Shown here: piece after piece, positions 12,323 to 24,722 of the stretch
How the letters are laid out: the number at the start of each line of letters is the position of its first letter
How positions within the stretch are numbered: position 1 is the first letter of the stretch
Source of the DNA: Heteronotia binoei
Lineage: Eukaryota
DNA: 64,000 nt
Direction of reading: 5' to 3'
Assembly: GCF_032191835.1 (NCBI RefSeq)
Contig: NC_083241.1
Location: forward strand, 6,944,001 to 7,008,000
The notes under the pieces: model-generated
Databases searched by the model: none
Told to the model about the DNA's origin: nothing
The model's input: only the letters and a program-made list of their open reading frames with translations
Position numbers and translations under genes: made by a program

Positions 12323-12729
12323 CAGGGCCGGTGCTCGGCTTTCTGGCGCCCGAGGCAAATCACCCGCTAGAAACCCCGCATTATTAAAAAAATATATAGG
12401 GAAAATGAAGAGCGCCAAACTTGAAATTTTTCACATTTTGAATTTACTGATTTTTAATATTAATTTTTTTTTTAAAAAAATGTGATAACTTATTAAAAAA
12501 AGTGTGAGAATAAGTGCTTGCCGGACATGCCAGGAAGGAGGGTGGTGGGATAGAATGAGGTGGGAGGCCAAATTGCACAGTGGGGAGGGGTGGGGTGGCT
12601 TGGCTTTGTTGAGGGCAGCTTGGTGATGGGAAAGCAGCCAGAGTTGTGTGTCGGAGAGGGGGCGCCCAGTGGTGTCCCCTAGGCCAGGTGGCACCCTAGG
12701 CGACTACCTACTCCCGCACACTGGCCCTG
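12323..12729. mobile_element. hAT (Tip100-like CAGGGCCGG) MITE with 8-bp TSD GTCTGTGG
   Basis: CAGGGCCGG...CTGGCCCTG termini; GTCTGTGG at 12315-12322 and 12730-12737. Confidence 0.85.
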
Positions 12730-13187
12730 GTCTGTGGCTATTTCCACAAAAGTATATTGCCTGAGGTCTGATGCTTCTGTATTGGTTTTTCTTACTTTGC
12801 CTGCAACATTCTGGAGTTTTTGTACAATCCCAGGGGCTTCCCTGACTTGTCACTTATCTGCTTAGCTCTGGAATTCTGGGAAAGATCACATCATTAATAT
12901 CCTGCCTCTTTCCCATTGGTAAACCCAAAGCAGCTCACACCATTCTTCTTTCCTCTGTTAGTCCTCCCCACCCCCCTTACATACAAGAATAAAACTGAAT
13001 AATAATTTTAAACACGGGACTGAGGTTGTTTTTATGAGATTGCTTAGGTCGCTCTCTTGGGGGGTGGGCGGGAAACCTTCTCTTGTCTTCCATTTTAGCC
13101 TCACGACAACCCTGTGAGGAAGGCTAACCTGAGAGTATGAGATTGTTCCAAGGTCACCCAGCGAGCTAGGTCTTCCAGATCCGAGTT

Positions 13188-14176
13188 CAGGGGTGGCCAA
13201 ATGTGCTTAACAATAAGAGCCACCTAGAATAAATATCAGATGTTTGAGAGCCACAAGATATGAATGTCAGATAGGCTTCCCAATCCCCAGGTCCCAGCGG
13301 GGGATCCCACGTTTTTACAGGCTTCTCCCCGCCCCCAGCCAGCTGGCCAGCAGGGGAAGCCCCGCCCCCCACAGTCACCATGTAGTTTTAGAGCTCCTGC
13401 AGGACTGTTTTTAAAATATGTGCCTTTAAGGCTGAGCAGGAAGCAGGAAACAGGAAGGGCTTCGGAGAACGGCCCCTGCCTTGGTTTTGCTTTCGTTTTC
13501 AGAGCAAGTAAAGTTCTGCAGGAACAAGACCCAGTAAGTATTTGTGTGTGAGAGAGAGGGAGGGGCAGGGGATTCCCTGGTTTGGAGGCCCTCCCTCCCC
13601 ACTTTAGAAAGCGTGTGGGGGGGAAATGTCTACTGGGCACTCTATTATTCCCTATGGAGAACGATTCCCATAGGAAATAATGGGGAATTGATCCACGGGT
13701 ATTGGGGGCTCTGGGGGGTATGTTTTGAGGTAGAGGCACCAATTTTGGGGGCTCAATTCTATGAGCCCCAAAAGATGGTGCCCCTATCCTTCATTATTTC
13801 CTATGGAAGAAAGGCATTTAAAAAGGTGTGCTGTCCCTTTAAATGTGATGGGCAGAACTCCCTTTGGAGTTCAGTTATGCTTCTCACACCCTTGTTCCTG
13901 GCTCCACTCCCAATGTCTCCTGGCTCCACCCCCAAAGTCTCCTGGCTCCGCCCCCAAAGTCCCCAGATATTTCTTGAATTGGACTTGGCAACCCTAATGT
14001 CAGATGTTGGAAGGAAGGGAGGAAGGCAAGGGGAGGGAGGGAGAGATAGAAAGAAAGCAACTTTAACTTTGAACACCTTCTCCAAACCAGCGTTGGGACA
14101 GTGGAGGCTTCAAGAGCCACTCAATATTTATGAAAGATCCACATGTGGCCCCTAAGCCACAGTTTGGCCACCCCTG
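13188..14176. mobile_element. Charlie-type MITE (CAGGGGTGGCCAAA) carrying a nested hAT MITE
   Basis: TIR CAGGGGTGGCCAAA / TTTGGCCACCCCTG; TSD TCCGAGTT vs TCCTAGTT (7/8 match). Confidence 0.85.
13272..13996 (-). mobile_element. hAT MITE variant (TAGGCTTCCCA / TTGGCAACCCTA ends) with 8-bp TSD ATGTCAGA
   Basis: ATGTCAGA at 13264-13271 and 13997-14004. Confidence 0.9.
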
Positions 14177-14941
14177 TCCTAGTTCAACACTTGGCCGTGG
14201 CATTAGACATCTCTTTATTCACATCCCTGAACCCTTTCGTGTCTAAAACTTCCTCTTCTCTTCCCTGTGAGCTGTTGTGTCACAACATGTTTTTTTCTCA
14301 GCTCTGCTCACTCTACTTTATTTCTTGTATTGGCACGTTCAAGCAACAGATCACAGCAAAACTGGGGAGGGAGAGGCAGATGTGCACATTTAGTTGTGAG
14401 TTTAATGTTAGCCCCCCACCCAACACTGCCATCCGTGGGGGCAGACACATAAAAAAGAAACACGTGCCCTGCTAACAAGTCTATTCCTCTGTTTAGGGAT
14501 TTTCAAATGGACTCAGCCTGGCTGCCGGCATTGTTGTTTCATTTTGTTCAGTATCGAGGAGTGTGCATGTACACAAAAGCTATACCTTGAACAAAACTTT
14601 GTTGGTCTTAAAGGGGCCGCTGGACTCAAGCTGTGATCCTTCTGTTGTGAGGATAAAGGAGTGAAGGAAATATGATCTGCTTTGGGAAGAAGATGGTCGA
14701 GAAATCAAAAGCAACATTGCTGAATGTGCTCTACATGACTGCTTGGCATAGGGGTGCCAACCTCCAGGTGCCACCTGGCTGCCCTGGAGGGTAGACTTTG
14801 CAGAATTATAGCTATGGAAGTCCCTTGTCTCCCCAAACCCCTCCCCAGGCTCCACCCCCACCCCCCCAATTTTGGTATTTCCCAATGCAGAGCTGGCACC
14901 ACCAAGGCATTCTTCCAGCAGGATCCACAATCTGCGTGGAG

Positions 14942-15127
14942 NNNNNNNNNNNNNNNNNNNNNNNNNNNNNNNNNNNNNNNNNNNNNNNNNNNNNNNNNNN
15001 NNNNNNNNNNNNNNNNNNNNNNNNNNNNNNNNNNNNNNNNNNNNNNNNNNNNNNNNNNNNNNNNNNNNNNNNNNNNNNNNNNNNNNNNNNNNNNNNNNNN
15101 NNNNNNNNNNNNNNNNNNNNNNNNNNN
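14942..15127. other. Assembly gap (186 N)
   Basis: Run of N. Confidence 1.
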
Positions 15128-15726
15128 GAATTTAGTTTTGCTAAGAGCAGTTCCCCCCCTCAATTCTCCGTTTTCTTTGAATTATAACAAGATATATATA
15201 CAGCATTTGCAGAATTATGCCCCTAACCTCCTCCCCCAACAGAAACAGACAGAATACAATTTTGCAATCCACCGATTTTCAGAATCACACAGGCACGGTT
15301 CCCTTTGATTGCCCTCCTATATCTTACGGCCTGCAACTAGGGCAAGGTTCCTGCCTGTCCCTGGAGGGGGTGTGGATAAGTGTGTGCTTGCGTGTGCCTG
15401 GATGTGGCATGAGACCGCTTGCAAAGACTTTATTGGCTGGGGAAAGGGGCAGAGAGGAACCGGTTGCTATACTAGTCGGGCTATAATTAGAGGACGCAGC
15501 TGCAAGAGGCCTCTGGGACAAGAAGATCCCTGTAATCCCAGGCCTTTCCATAGTTCTCGAATTCAGGCAGCTCATTTCTTCCCTGAGCTCTAGGTTTCCT
15601 GCCCTCCCTCCTGTGTTTTTATTTGGTTAGAATGTAGACTCAGATTCTGAATTCCTTCTGGGTCCTTGGGAATCGATATGCATTGCAGCGTCATTCACAG
15701 AAGTTGCACATCAGGAGTCTCTAAAG

Positions 15727-15940
15727 CAGGGGTCCCCAATGGAGTGGCAGATTTTGAAAACATAGCTTTAGCATTATCTGCCACGACAGCACAGGATCTT
15801 CACCGCACGAGTGAAAGAAAGCTGCGGCAGCCATTTTGTGGCCAGCTTCACCCTCTCCTGCAGCAGCCATTTTGTGGATCTGCACACTGCTCTGTGCCAA
15901 AATTGTAAAGGTACACAGTATCAAAAAGGTTGAGAAACTG
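15727..15940. mobile_element. Charlie-type MITE with 8-bp TSD CTCTAAAG
   Basis: CAGGGGTCCCCAA start, GGTTGAGAAACTG end; CTCTAAAG at 15719-15726 and 15941-15948. Confidence 0.8.
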
Positions 15941-16068
15941 CTCTAAAGTTTGTTTTGGTAGTCACAACTGGGGTAGTTATACTGGGGTAAAGAATTAATA
16001 ATTTTTTTTCACCTTCCACCTGTTCTTCTGCATTTTTTTTCTGGTTATAGAAAGATAACCCCTTTTAT

Positions 16069-16368
16069 GGGAGCTCCATGGCGCAGAGTGGTAAAGCTGC
16101 AGTACTGCAGTCCGAGCTCTCTGCTCATGATCTGAGTTCGATCCCGGTGGAAGCTGGGTTCAGGTAGCCGGCTCGAGGTTGACTCAGCCTTCCATCCTTC
16201 CGAGGTCGGTGAAATGAATACTCGGCTTGCTGGGGGGAAAGTACAGATCCCTGGGGAAGGCAATGGCAAACCACCCCGTAAAAAGTCTGCCGTGAAAACG
16301 TCGTGACGCGACGTCACCCCAGAGTTGGAAATGACTGGTGCTTGCACAGGGGACCACCTTTACCTTTA
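16069..16368 (+). mobile_element. Sauria SINE (Squam1), near full length
   Basis: tRNA-like head, BovB-like 3' end GGGGACCACCTTTACCTTTA. Confidence 0.9.
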
Positions 16369-16883
16369 CTAGTTTTGTCAAGGGATATTTATAGGTAGCA
16401 GAGGTCTCTGAAGGGCTGTGGGCAAAAGCAGGATTTAGCTGAAAGCTGATCCTGGAGAATAGTATCACCAAGGCAAGTGAGGATGGGTGGGACCCCCAAA
16501 CTGGGTCCTTGACCTTAGGTCGGCCTGACCCTTTGAGAAACATGCTTTCTGATGAGTCCCCGGTAGGGTTGCCAGATCCCCCCTCCTGGTGAATTGATTG
16601 GGGGAGGGCGTTTTCCTAGTGTTATACTTGCACTAAATCATATGCATGTATACACATTGTGAATGTTATTATTGATCGGTGGTTACTTATATTTTCCATT
16701 TATACACCAGTACCGGTTACTTGTATTGTATTCTCTTGGAGAAAATGGCTGTTTTGAAGGGTGGACTCTGTGACATTCTCCCATGCTGAGGCTTCTCCCT
16801 TCCATACCCTGCCCTCTCCTGGATCCACCCCCAAAGTCTCCAGGTATTTTCCAACATCCACCTGGCAACCCTACCTGCCCCCC

Positions 16884-17353
16884 TGTCAAGCATGCTGTTT
16901 CTAAGTGTTACTATACTCCTACTTTATCATTCTCCCTCCCCCGCCTCTCTTCATCCTACCTTCCTTTTAGTAGATGCATAATATATCTCCCTGCTTCAGG
17001 ATATGTAAGTAACCTTGTATTAGAAATGTAAAATGCCTCTCCCACAGGTTCTCACCTAAAAGTCTTATCAGCAAGTACAGAATGTGTGAGAAAAGGAGAT
17101 GTCTACATTCTTCAGTAACCGAAGAGATAGTTGTTAGTAGCCTTTGAACTATCAATGCAATTGGCATCTATATGTTATTCTTTTGAAGTCATCTGTAACC
17201 CTGCCTTTGAAGTAACCTTTAAGATACTTTGCACTATGACAATCTATATCACTTCCAAGGTTTGAGTCTTTGGAACAAGCCATGGAGTTTCAATAAAACA
17301 AGTCTTTGATTTAAGACAAAAGCTTGATTATTTCGAAATATCGATGCTTGACA
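16884..17353 (+). repeat. 5' LTR
   Basis: TGTCAAGCAT...ATGCTTGACA, perfect 10-bp terminal inverted repeat; about 95% identical (by eye) to 20310-20783. Confidence 0.95.
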
Positions 17354-17407
17354 TTTTGGAAGTGATACTTCTTGGGAATTTAACCGAACTGGCAACTTTC
17401 TAACCGT

Positions 17408-18390
17408 ATGGCGGAAAGAACTCCAGATAATGGCAGATTCCTTACAACTCCGGATAGGATATGCGGCGGACCCAGAGGAGAGGACGCCGGGGTGAGGACA
17501 GCGCCATGGCACATCATCGACGCCCATCGAGTCATGGGGAGAGGGTCCCCCCTACACATCCAATAACTATTCATCACCCCTAAAGTGTGGGTACCCAGGA
17601 CCTCCACAACCCTGATGGATGAGGCACTGGCTCGGAGAGAAGCAATCCTGGCAGGGCCGTTCCGACAAAGGCGACCGGGGAAGAGGGCAGCCAGGACGGC
17701 GCGAGAGGCGGAGGTGGAGGGGGTTGAGACGAATCGAGACCCAAGGAGGAGGAGGATGATAGAGGTGGCCCAGACCGTCCGTACCCGGACAGGGAGGAAG
17801 AGGAACCCGATCCTGATGACCGAGGGCTCTTGCAAATGGTGAGGGATGAGATGGCTGAAATGGCCAAATGCCTGAGGGACAAGATGCAAGCCAACGCTAC
17901 GTTCATGGCACAAGAGATGAGAAGGCAGCTGGAGAGAATACTGCAGTCGACAGACCCAAGAGGAGGGCCGATACCCCCTCTGGTGAGGCAGCCGGCTGCA
18001 CCGCTACCTCTCCTCCCCCGAGACTATGGGAGAGGGAGAGAACTGGATGCCACCTTCGATGGGGATCCTGAAGAGGTGGAATATTTCTCCATTCAAGCCA
18101 ATAGCTTCATGCATTACTGGAGGAACACCTTCCCTGATGAATTCAGCAGAGCGGATTACTTGGGATCGAAGCTAAAGGGGGCTGCGAAGCGATGGTACGT
18201 AAGTCTACACGAAACCAGGAGCTCTGAATTGGATACAGTGGCTGATTTTCTCCAAGCCCTGCTAACCCGATAAAAGACCCTCTCCCAGAGACCAGAGCCC
18301 TCACTGCTCTGTGAGACCTGCAGCAGGGATCTAAATCTGTGCGTGAGTACACTGCTGAGTTCCGGGCCAACACGGCCAAAGTCTGGGATT
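17408..18390 (+). pseudogene. Ty3/Gypsy gag, frameshifted
   Basis: FDGDPEEVEYF...ADYLGSKLKGAAKRWY (17830-18273) and REYTAEFR, typical of sushi/PEG10-like capsid. Confidence 0.85.
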
Positions 18391-20293
18391 TGAATGAACT
18401 AAAACCCTTCGTGGTGCAATGCGACGCCTCCGATGTCGCCGTGGGGGCAATTCTGATGCAACCTGATGAAGAAGGAGCGTTAAAGCCTTGCACTTACATT
18501 TCTAAAAAAATCATTCATGAGCGGAGGAACTGGTCAGTTTGGGATAAAGAAGCATTTGCAGTAACTTTCGCTTTAAAAATCTGGAGATCGTGGTTAGAGG
18601 GAGCGAGGGTTCCATTTGAGATTTGGACAGACCATAAAAACTTGGAAGCCCTCACAGGACGAAGAAAATTAACTGAAAAGCAAATTCGGTGGGCAGGCTT
18701 CTTTGCTTTGTTTGATTTTACCCTGAAACATATCCCGGGGTCAAAGAATTTTCCAGCAGACGCTTTATCCAGACTCCCCCAACACAATAGTCAAAGGGAA
18801 GAGGTAATTGACTCTCTCATCCCGCCAAGCCAGTTAGGAGGGGCCGTGACTACCCGCTCCAAAGCGAAGCGAGAAAACCTCGAAGAAAAGTGGAGGGGGG
18901 GGGGTTGAGAGATTAATGCGGAAGTAGAAGAAGGAGACCGCAAGCCAGAGGGAGTCACTAAAGGAGAAGGGGGATTCTGGTACAGAGATGGTAAACTTTA
19001 TGTACCAGAAAGCCTTAGAAAAGAAGTACTGCAATTTTGCCATAGCAGCAAACTTTCAAGACACTTTGGATATGTGAAAACGCTGCACTTGGTGAATCAA
19101 CAATTTTGGTGGCCATTTATGAAAAAAGACATTTCCAATTACGTATGTATCTTCATGCCCAATGTGTATAATGGCCAAGAAACGGGGAGGAAAACCCCCA
19201 GGACTATTACAGCCCTTAGAGACAGCTAACCGACCATGGTCGGTAGTCTCCATGGACTTTATTGTGGAATTATCTATGTCACAAGGGAAAACCGTAATTC
19301 TATTAATAGTGGACACTTTTTCCAAACAAGCCCACTTCATCCCTTGTACTCAACTGCCAACTGCTAAAAAGCTAGCCCACTTATTTTTCCAACACGTGGT
19401 AAATACACTCATTCCCGGATAAGGTAATTTGCGACCGGGGCCTGCAGTTTGTTGCCAACTTCTGGAGGGAGTTTTATAAACTGACAGGGATTGAGCAAGG
19501 ATTAAGTTCAGCGTATCACCTGCAGACTGACGGACAGACGGAGAGGGTGAACGCGTTGCTTGAGCAATATTTAAGATGCTTTGTGAACTACCAACAATCT
19601 AACTGGGTAGAACTTGTGCCTTTCGCTGAATATGGATATAATAACAGTGTGCATAGCTCCACAAAGACTGCATCATTTCTGATAGTGAATGGTTATGAAA
19701 GGAAGCCTTTCCCCTTGTTACTGGGTGGATCAATCCCAGAAGTGCTTTCTTCATTTGAACAATGGTAGGGTAGCCTGGGGAAGGTTTGGAAAACTATTCA
19801 AGAAAACTTGGAACTAGTGAAAGACACTTACAAAAAACACTACGATAAAGTCCCCCTGTGTGGGACTTTAAAGTAGGAGAGACTGTCTTTTTATCTACAA
19901 GAATTTGCCTCTGCCTCAACCTTCTAAAAAATTGGCTTACAAATTCCTGGGACCGTTTCGGATAAAAAGGGTGATCAACAAAGTGACAGTAGAATTGGAT
20001 TTACCTAAAATGTTTAGTAAAATACACCCTGTTTTTCATTGCAGTCTACTCCGTCGAGATCCTGGCACCCTCAACCCCAAGGTCCACAACCTATCCAGAT
20101 TGGGGGTCAGAGTCACCATGAAGTCAAAGAAATATTAGATGCTAAAGTAAAAAGGGGGGTATTGTATTTTTTAATTAGATGGAAGCATTTCTCAGCAGCT
20201 CACGATGAATGGGTCGAGAGTTCACATGTCCAAGCAAGGGACCTAATAAAAAAGTTTTATAATGCTCATCCCTCAAAGCCCAGAAGATCTTAG
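18391..20293 (+). pseudogene. pol remnant: RNase H, integrase and chromodomain, frameshifted
   Basis: KPFVVQCDASDVAVGAIL, WTDHKNL (RNase H); HFG...C..C zinc finger, SMDFIVEL, QTDGQTERVN (integrase); EVKEILDAK...YFLIRWK...DEW (chromodomain, 20100-20293). Confidence 0.9.
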
Positions 20294-20309
20294 GGGGGGG
20301 GGAGCAGTA

Positions 20310-20783
20310 TGTCAAGCATGCTATTTCTAAGTGTTGCTTTATTCCTACTTTATCATTCTCCCTTCCTCCCCCCCCCCCCTTCATCCTCCCTTCCTTTTAG
20401 TAGATGCATAATATATCTCCCTGCTTCAGGATTTGTAAGTAACCTTGTATTAGAAATGTAAAATGCCTCTCCCACAGGTTCTCTCCAAAAGGTCTTATCA
20501 GCAAGTACAGAATGTGTGAGAAAAGGAGATGTCTACATTCTTCAGTAACCAAAGAGATAGTAGTTAGTAGCCTTTGAACTTTCAATGCAATTGGCATCTA
20601 TATGTTATTCTTTTGAAGTTATCTGTAACCCTGCCTTTGAAGTAACCTTTAAGATACTTTGCACTATGACAATCTGTATCACTTCCAAGGTTTGAGTCTT
20701 TGGAACAAGTCATGGAGTTTCAATAAAATAAGTCTTTGATTTAAGACAAAAGCTTGATTATTTCGAAATATCGATGCTTGACA
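20310..20783 (+). repeat. 3' LTR
   Basis: Direct repeat of 16884-17353, preceded by a polypurine tract. Confidence 0.95.
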
Positions 20784-21559
20784 CCCCCCCCCCACACACA
20801 TACACACACTATCTTCAAGGAATCCTAGACCTTGGGTTGCCAGCTGTGGACTGGGAAGAGAGCATAGATGATGTTATTGACACGGGAGACTTCCTTCCCC
20901 TTCCCAGTTCAGTGTCCTTCGTGCTGAACCACTGGAGCTGCCAGCAGTATCCTGGCTAAGTCAAACAAGGCAGGGACCAGTGTAGACTAGGCACTGGCAT
21001 GAACTGGGGAAACGGTGGTTCGTGTTGGTTCGTTGTTTGCTTCCCTGCCCAAACAACGTGGTGGTTCATGATTCATTTGATTTCTTCAACTGGTTTGCGG
21101 TTTGTTTGGTTTGGGAGGTGCAGAAAAACCCCCTTGTGAGTCAGAGATGCCAAACTCACTGGGAGTCTTCAGCAGACCCTTTCCCACCCACCCTCCCAGT
21201 TTGACAAGATTGTATTTGGAATGTCCGAGTTATAGGCCCCCAAAACAGATGCAATTGGAATTTGGCCATCCTTAGAGATTAACTTAGAAACAGGCATACG
21301 TTCTCTTCCAAGTACTGCGTCTCGGCTTGCCAGCCTCCAGGTGGGGACTGGAGATCTCCTGCTTTTACAACAGATCTCCAGCTGGCAGAGATCAGCTCCC
21401 TTGGAGTGTTATTTCTAATAGATTTACATTGTAACAGCTCCGTGAAATGGTGAGAGAAGAGGCTGACGAAGAACAGAACAAACGAAACTTTCTATACGGT
21501 TCCTTATTCTTTCCATTACAACATCACAAGCGGAACTACTAAGGATTCCACCCCACATC

Positions 21560-21990
21560 ACAAGATTATACCTGGGATAGAGAAGGTAGAGGAAGAACTA
21601 CTTTTCTCCCTTTCTCACAATACGAGAACTCATGGACATTCAATGAAATTGCTGAGCAGTCAGGTTAGAACGGATAAAAAGAAGTCCTTCTTCACCCGAA
21701 GGGTGATTAACACATGGAATTCACTGCCACAGGAGGTGGTGGCGGCTGCCAGCATAGACAGCTTCAAGAGGGGATTGGATGAACATATGGAGCAGAGGTC
21801 TATCAGTGGCTATTAGCCACAGTGTAACTCTCTGTCTGGGGCAAGTGATGCTCTGTATTCTTGGTGCCTGTGAGGGGCACAGTGGGAGGGCTTCTAATGT
21901 CCTGGCCCCACTGGTGGACCTCCTGATGGTGCCTGGTTTTTTGGCCAGTGTATGTTTCTCTAGGATGCCACTGTATTTTTGGCCACTGTG
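21560..21990 (+). mobile_element. CR1 3' fragment
   Basis: FSLSHNTRT...WNSLPQEV...SFKRGLD-like sequence plus 3' UTR. Confidence 0.85.
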
Positions 21991-22194
21991 TGTTTCTCTA
22001 GGATGCCTGCTTATATTTCAAATGCAGTTGGTCAGTTTACTACGCTGGGACAGGTGTGCCTCATTCTCAGGTGGAGTTAAGGTAATCACTAGGCATCCAG
22101 GACAGACTTTTTAACAATAGGTGCCTTGGGGCTCTCCTGGGTTTGGATGGCACTTTATTTTAACCGTATATATGGCTTGAGTTTTAGATCAAAC

Positions 22195-22862
22195 CAAGCC
22201 TGAATTCTCCTAGAAGCTAAAATGACTAAACTGAGGCTATCGTACTTCGGTCACATCATGAGAAGACTTAGAGTCACTGGCAGGGGTCATTTTGTAGAAA
22301 AATAGATGATGGAGTTCATTAGCATATGCCCCCCCCCAACCAAAAAAACCCACATGCCAGAAAGGAGAGACCCTTGCTCACCTGGGGCTCTCTATGACTG
22401 CCCCCTCCTGCAGTCAAAAGGCCAGCAAGCCACCCATCACCCAAAATCACATCAGAAGTGGAGAAAGGGCGGCATGGGCTTCTCCAGGGGTTCATGAGGG
22501 CTGCTGGGGGCATGGCAAAGCCCCTGGTGGCTGGCTGGCTGTCCGCTCTCCCAATCCAGGGATTGTTACACAGCTGCACCTACTATTCAATGGACAAGGT
22601 AGGTGGGAAGGAAGAGGGGGAACCCTCAAAAAGGTTCAGGAGCTGGGCTCCTGTGAGCTCCTGCTGAATCTGAGGCCTGGTCACTGGAAAAGACAATCGT
22701 GGTAGGAAAAGTCGAAGGCAGTAGGAGAAGGGGAAGACCCAATGTGAGATGGAGTGACCCAATCAAGGAAGCCACAACCTTCAGTTTGCAAGGCTGTTAA
22801 TGACAATGTGTTTTGGAGGTCATTCATTCATAGGGTCACCATGAGTTGGAAGTGACTCGACA
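22195..22862 (+). mobile_element. RTE/BovB LINE 3' fragment split by a hAT element (22281-22679, TSD GTCACTGG)
   Basis: KLRLSYFGHIMRR and GKVEGSRRRGRP..RW pieces; GTCACTGG at 22273-22280 and 22680-22687. Confidence 0.8.
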
Positions 22863-22929
22863 TTATATAATGCACATGTATGGCTAGTTATAAAGTTCTC
22901 TATAATGGCAGAAAAATGATTTTTTTAAG

Positions 22930-23399
22930 GATATAGACAAGCTGGAATGGGTCCAGAGGAGGGTGATGAAGATGGTGCGGGGGCTGGAGACCAAGTTTTA
23001 TGAGGAAAGGTTGAAGGACCTGGGGATGTTTAGCCTGGAGAGGAGGCAGCTGAGAGGTGATAGGATCACCATCTTCGAGTACTTGAAGGGCTGTCATATA
23101 GAGGATGGCGTGGAATTCTTTTCTGTGGCCCAGAAGGTAGGACCAGAACCAATGGGTTGAAATTAAATCAAAAGAGTTGCTGGCTCAACATTAGGAAGGA
23201 CTTCCTGACTGTTAGAGTGATTCCTCAGTGGTTGGCTCTCCTTCCTTGGAGGTTTTTAAACAGAGGCTAGATGGCCATCTGACAGCAATGAAGATCCTGT
23301 GAATTTAGGGGGGAGGTATTTGTGAGTTTCCTGCATTGTGCAGGGGGTTGGACTAGATGACCCTGGAGGTCCCTTCCAACTCTAGGATTCTTTGATTCT
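22930..23399 (+). mobile_element. CR1 3' fragment (second family, ATTCT-type tail)
   Basis: [14 protein letters not shown] and tail CCTTCCAACTCTAGGATTCTTTGATTCTA; similar tail at ~33975-34152. Confidence 0.85.
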
Positions 23400-24265
23400 A
23401 CAGTATATGAGCCTCCCCCCAAGTTAACAAAGCAACAAAGACAAACTTATTCAAAGGTGGAGTTGGATTTCTAGTTGAGTGGACAGTGAAATAGCTGCAA
23501 GAGAGAATTGGTATGTAGGAAAGGAGGGCTCAGCCCTTTTCTCTCTTGAAAACCCCTGTCACAAGCAGGGAGAGCCAATACTGGCTGCCGCCGCTCCAGT
23601 AAGGGTCTGTCCGGGAGGGACCAGAGCACCCACCTGACCTGTCTTCCGTATTAGCAAGCACCTTTTATCTGTGGTCAAAGAGGCGGGCAGTATAACAACA
23701 ATAAGTTTATCGTAAGTGCTCAAGAACAAACAAGCGGGCTGTAATTTTTAGTGCAATAGTGAACATGGAAACAGTAAAGGTGGTACAAAGCAAAATAAGA
23801 AGCCCTGATGCAACTAACGGTGTGTTCCCTTCCTCTAAGTCCAACTGACTCACCATATTTTGGATGAGGGAGCTCTCATGACTGCAGCTTTCCTCCAGCC
23901 CAGCCTTTTCAGACAGAGCTCTCCTGACTGCAGCCTCTCTGGAGAGGACTTTCTCCTTTCTAGCTTAGTTTTTCATTTCCTTCCCTACAAGTCCCACCAC
24001 TCTGGTCTCGACTGGGCATGTTTTCCCTTCAAAATTGCGTCCCACCCAATCAGAGGAACAGAAGGGATCCTGGGAATTATAGACATTATAGCTATTCTGA
24101 TTCAGGCTTCCTTGGAGCCTGTAAGTCTCACTAGGCCTAGGATCATGATAACCTGCATTGTGATTTTTCAATCCCCCCACACACAATAACTGTACATTAG
24201 TAAGCCTGATGTGGGGTGGAATCAATCCAGGAGGATTCTTTCAGGAAAGAATCGGTGGATATGAG

Positions 24266-24436
24266 CAGGGGTGGAATTCTATCAGGAGCTCCTTTGCATT
24301 TTAGGCCACACACCCCTGATGTAGCCAATCCTCCAAGAGCTAACAAGGCTCTTTTTTGTAAGCTCTTGGAGGATTGGCTACATCAGGGGTGTGTGACCTA
24401 ATATGCAAAGGAGCTCCTGCTAGAACTCCACCTCTG
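24266..24436. mobile_element. 171-bp near-perfect palindromic hAT MITE with TSD GATATGAG
   Basis: Left and right halves are reverse complements; GATATGAG at 24258-24265 and 24437-24444. Confidence 0.9.
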
Positions 24437-24722
24437 GATATGAGAGGAGCTAGCTTTCCCTACAAGTTCCCATTATTCCCATCCGGGTTTGGAAAGACAG
24501 GCTTGCTGAAAAATTTAGTCCCACCTTGATAGCGTCCAGGATGGCGATTTAAACAAATAAGGTAACCTCTATATTCAGAGTCAGCAGAGCTCCCAACACC
24601 AGTGATAAGAGTCAGAATTAAGGGAAGGCTTTGTCCTCAATGGCCTATTTCTCATCCCTCCATGGCAATTGGTTGGCCACTGGGTAAAACAGGATTCGAG
24701 ACCAGATGGACCAGTAGTCTGA

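Larger units (their letters stand above)
16884..20783 (+). mobile_element. Ty3/Gypsy chromovirus LTR retrotransposon, internally deleted (no protease or RT)
   Basis: Two ~470-bp LTRs, PPT at 20292-20309, C-run target duplication, and gag, RNase H, integrase and chromodomain remnants. Confidence 0.95.

Noticed and set aside
14705-15187. ORFs spanning the N run
   Set aside because: They are open only because N codons cannot be stops; just one frame was kept, as part of the pseudogene hypothesis.
17354-17380. Primer-binding site after the 5' LTR
   Set aside because: TTTTGGAAGTGATAC has the TGG start, but I cannot match it to a specific tRNA 3' end, so no PBS was called.
21560-21587. Apparent donor AAG|GTAGAG closing the exon-like segment at 21422
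   Set aside because: This stretch is the start of a CR1 fragment, so the QDYTWDRE residues and the donor are not evidence for the exon.
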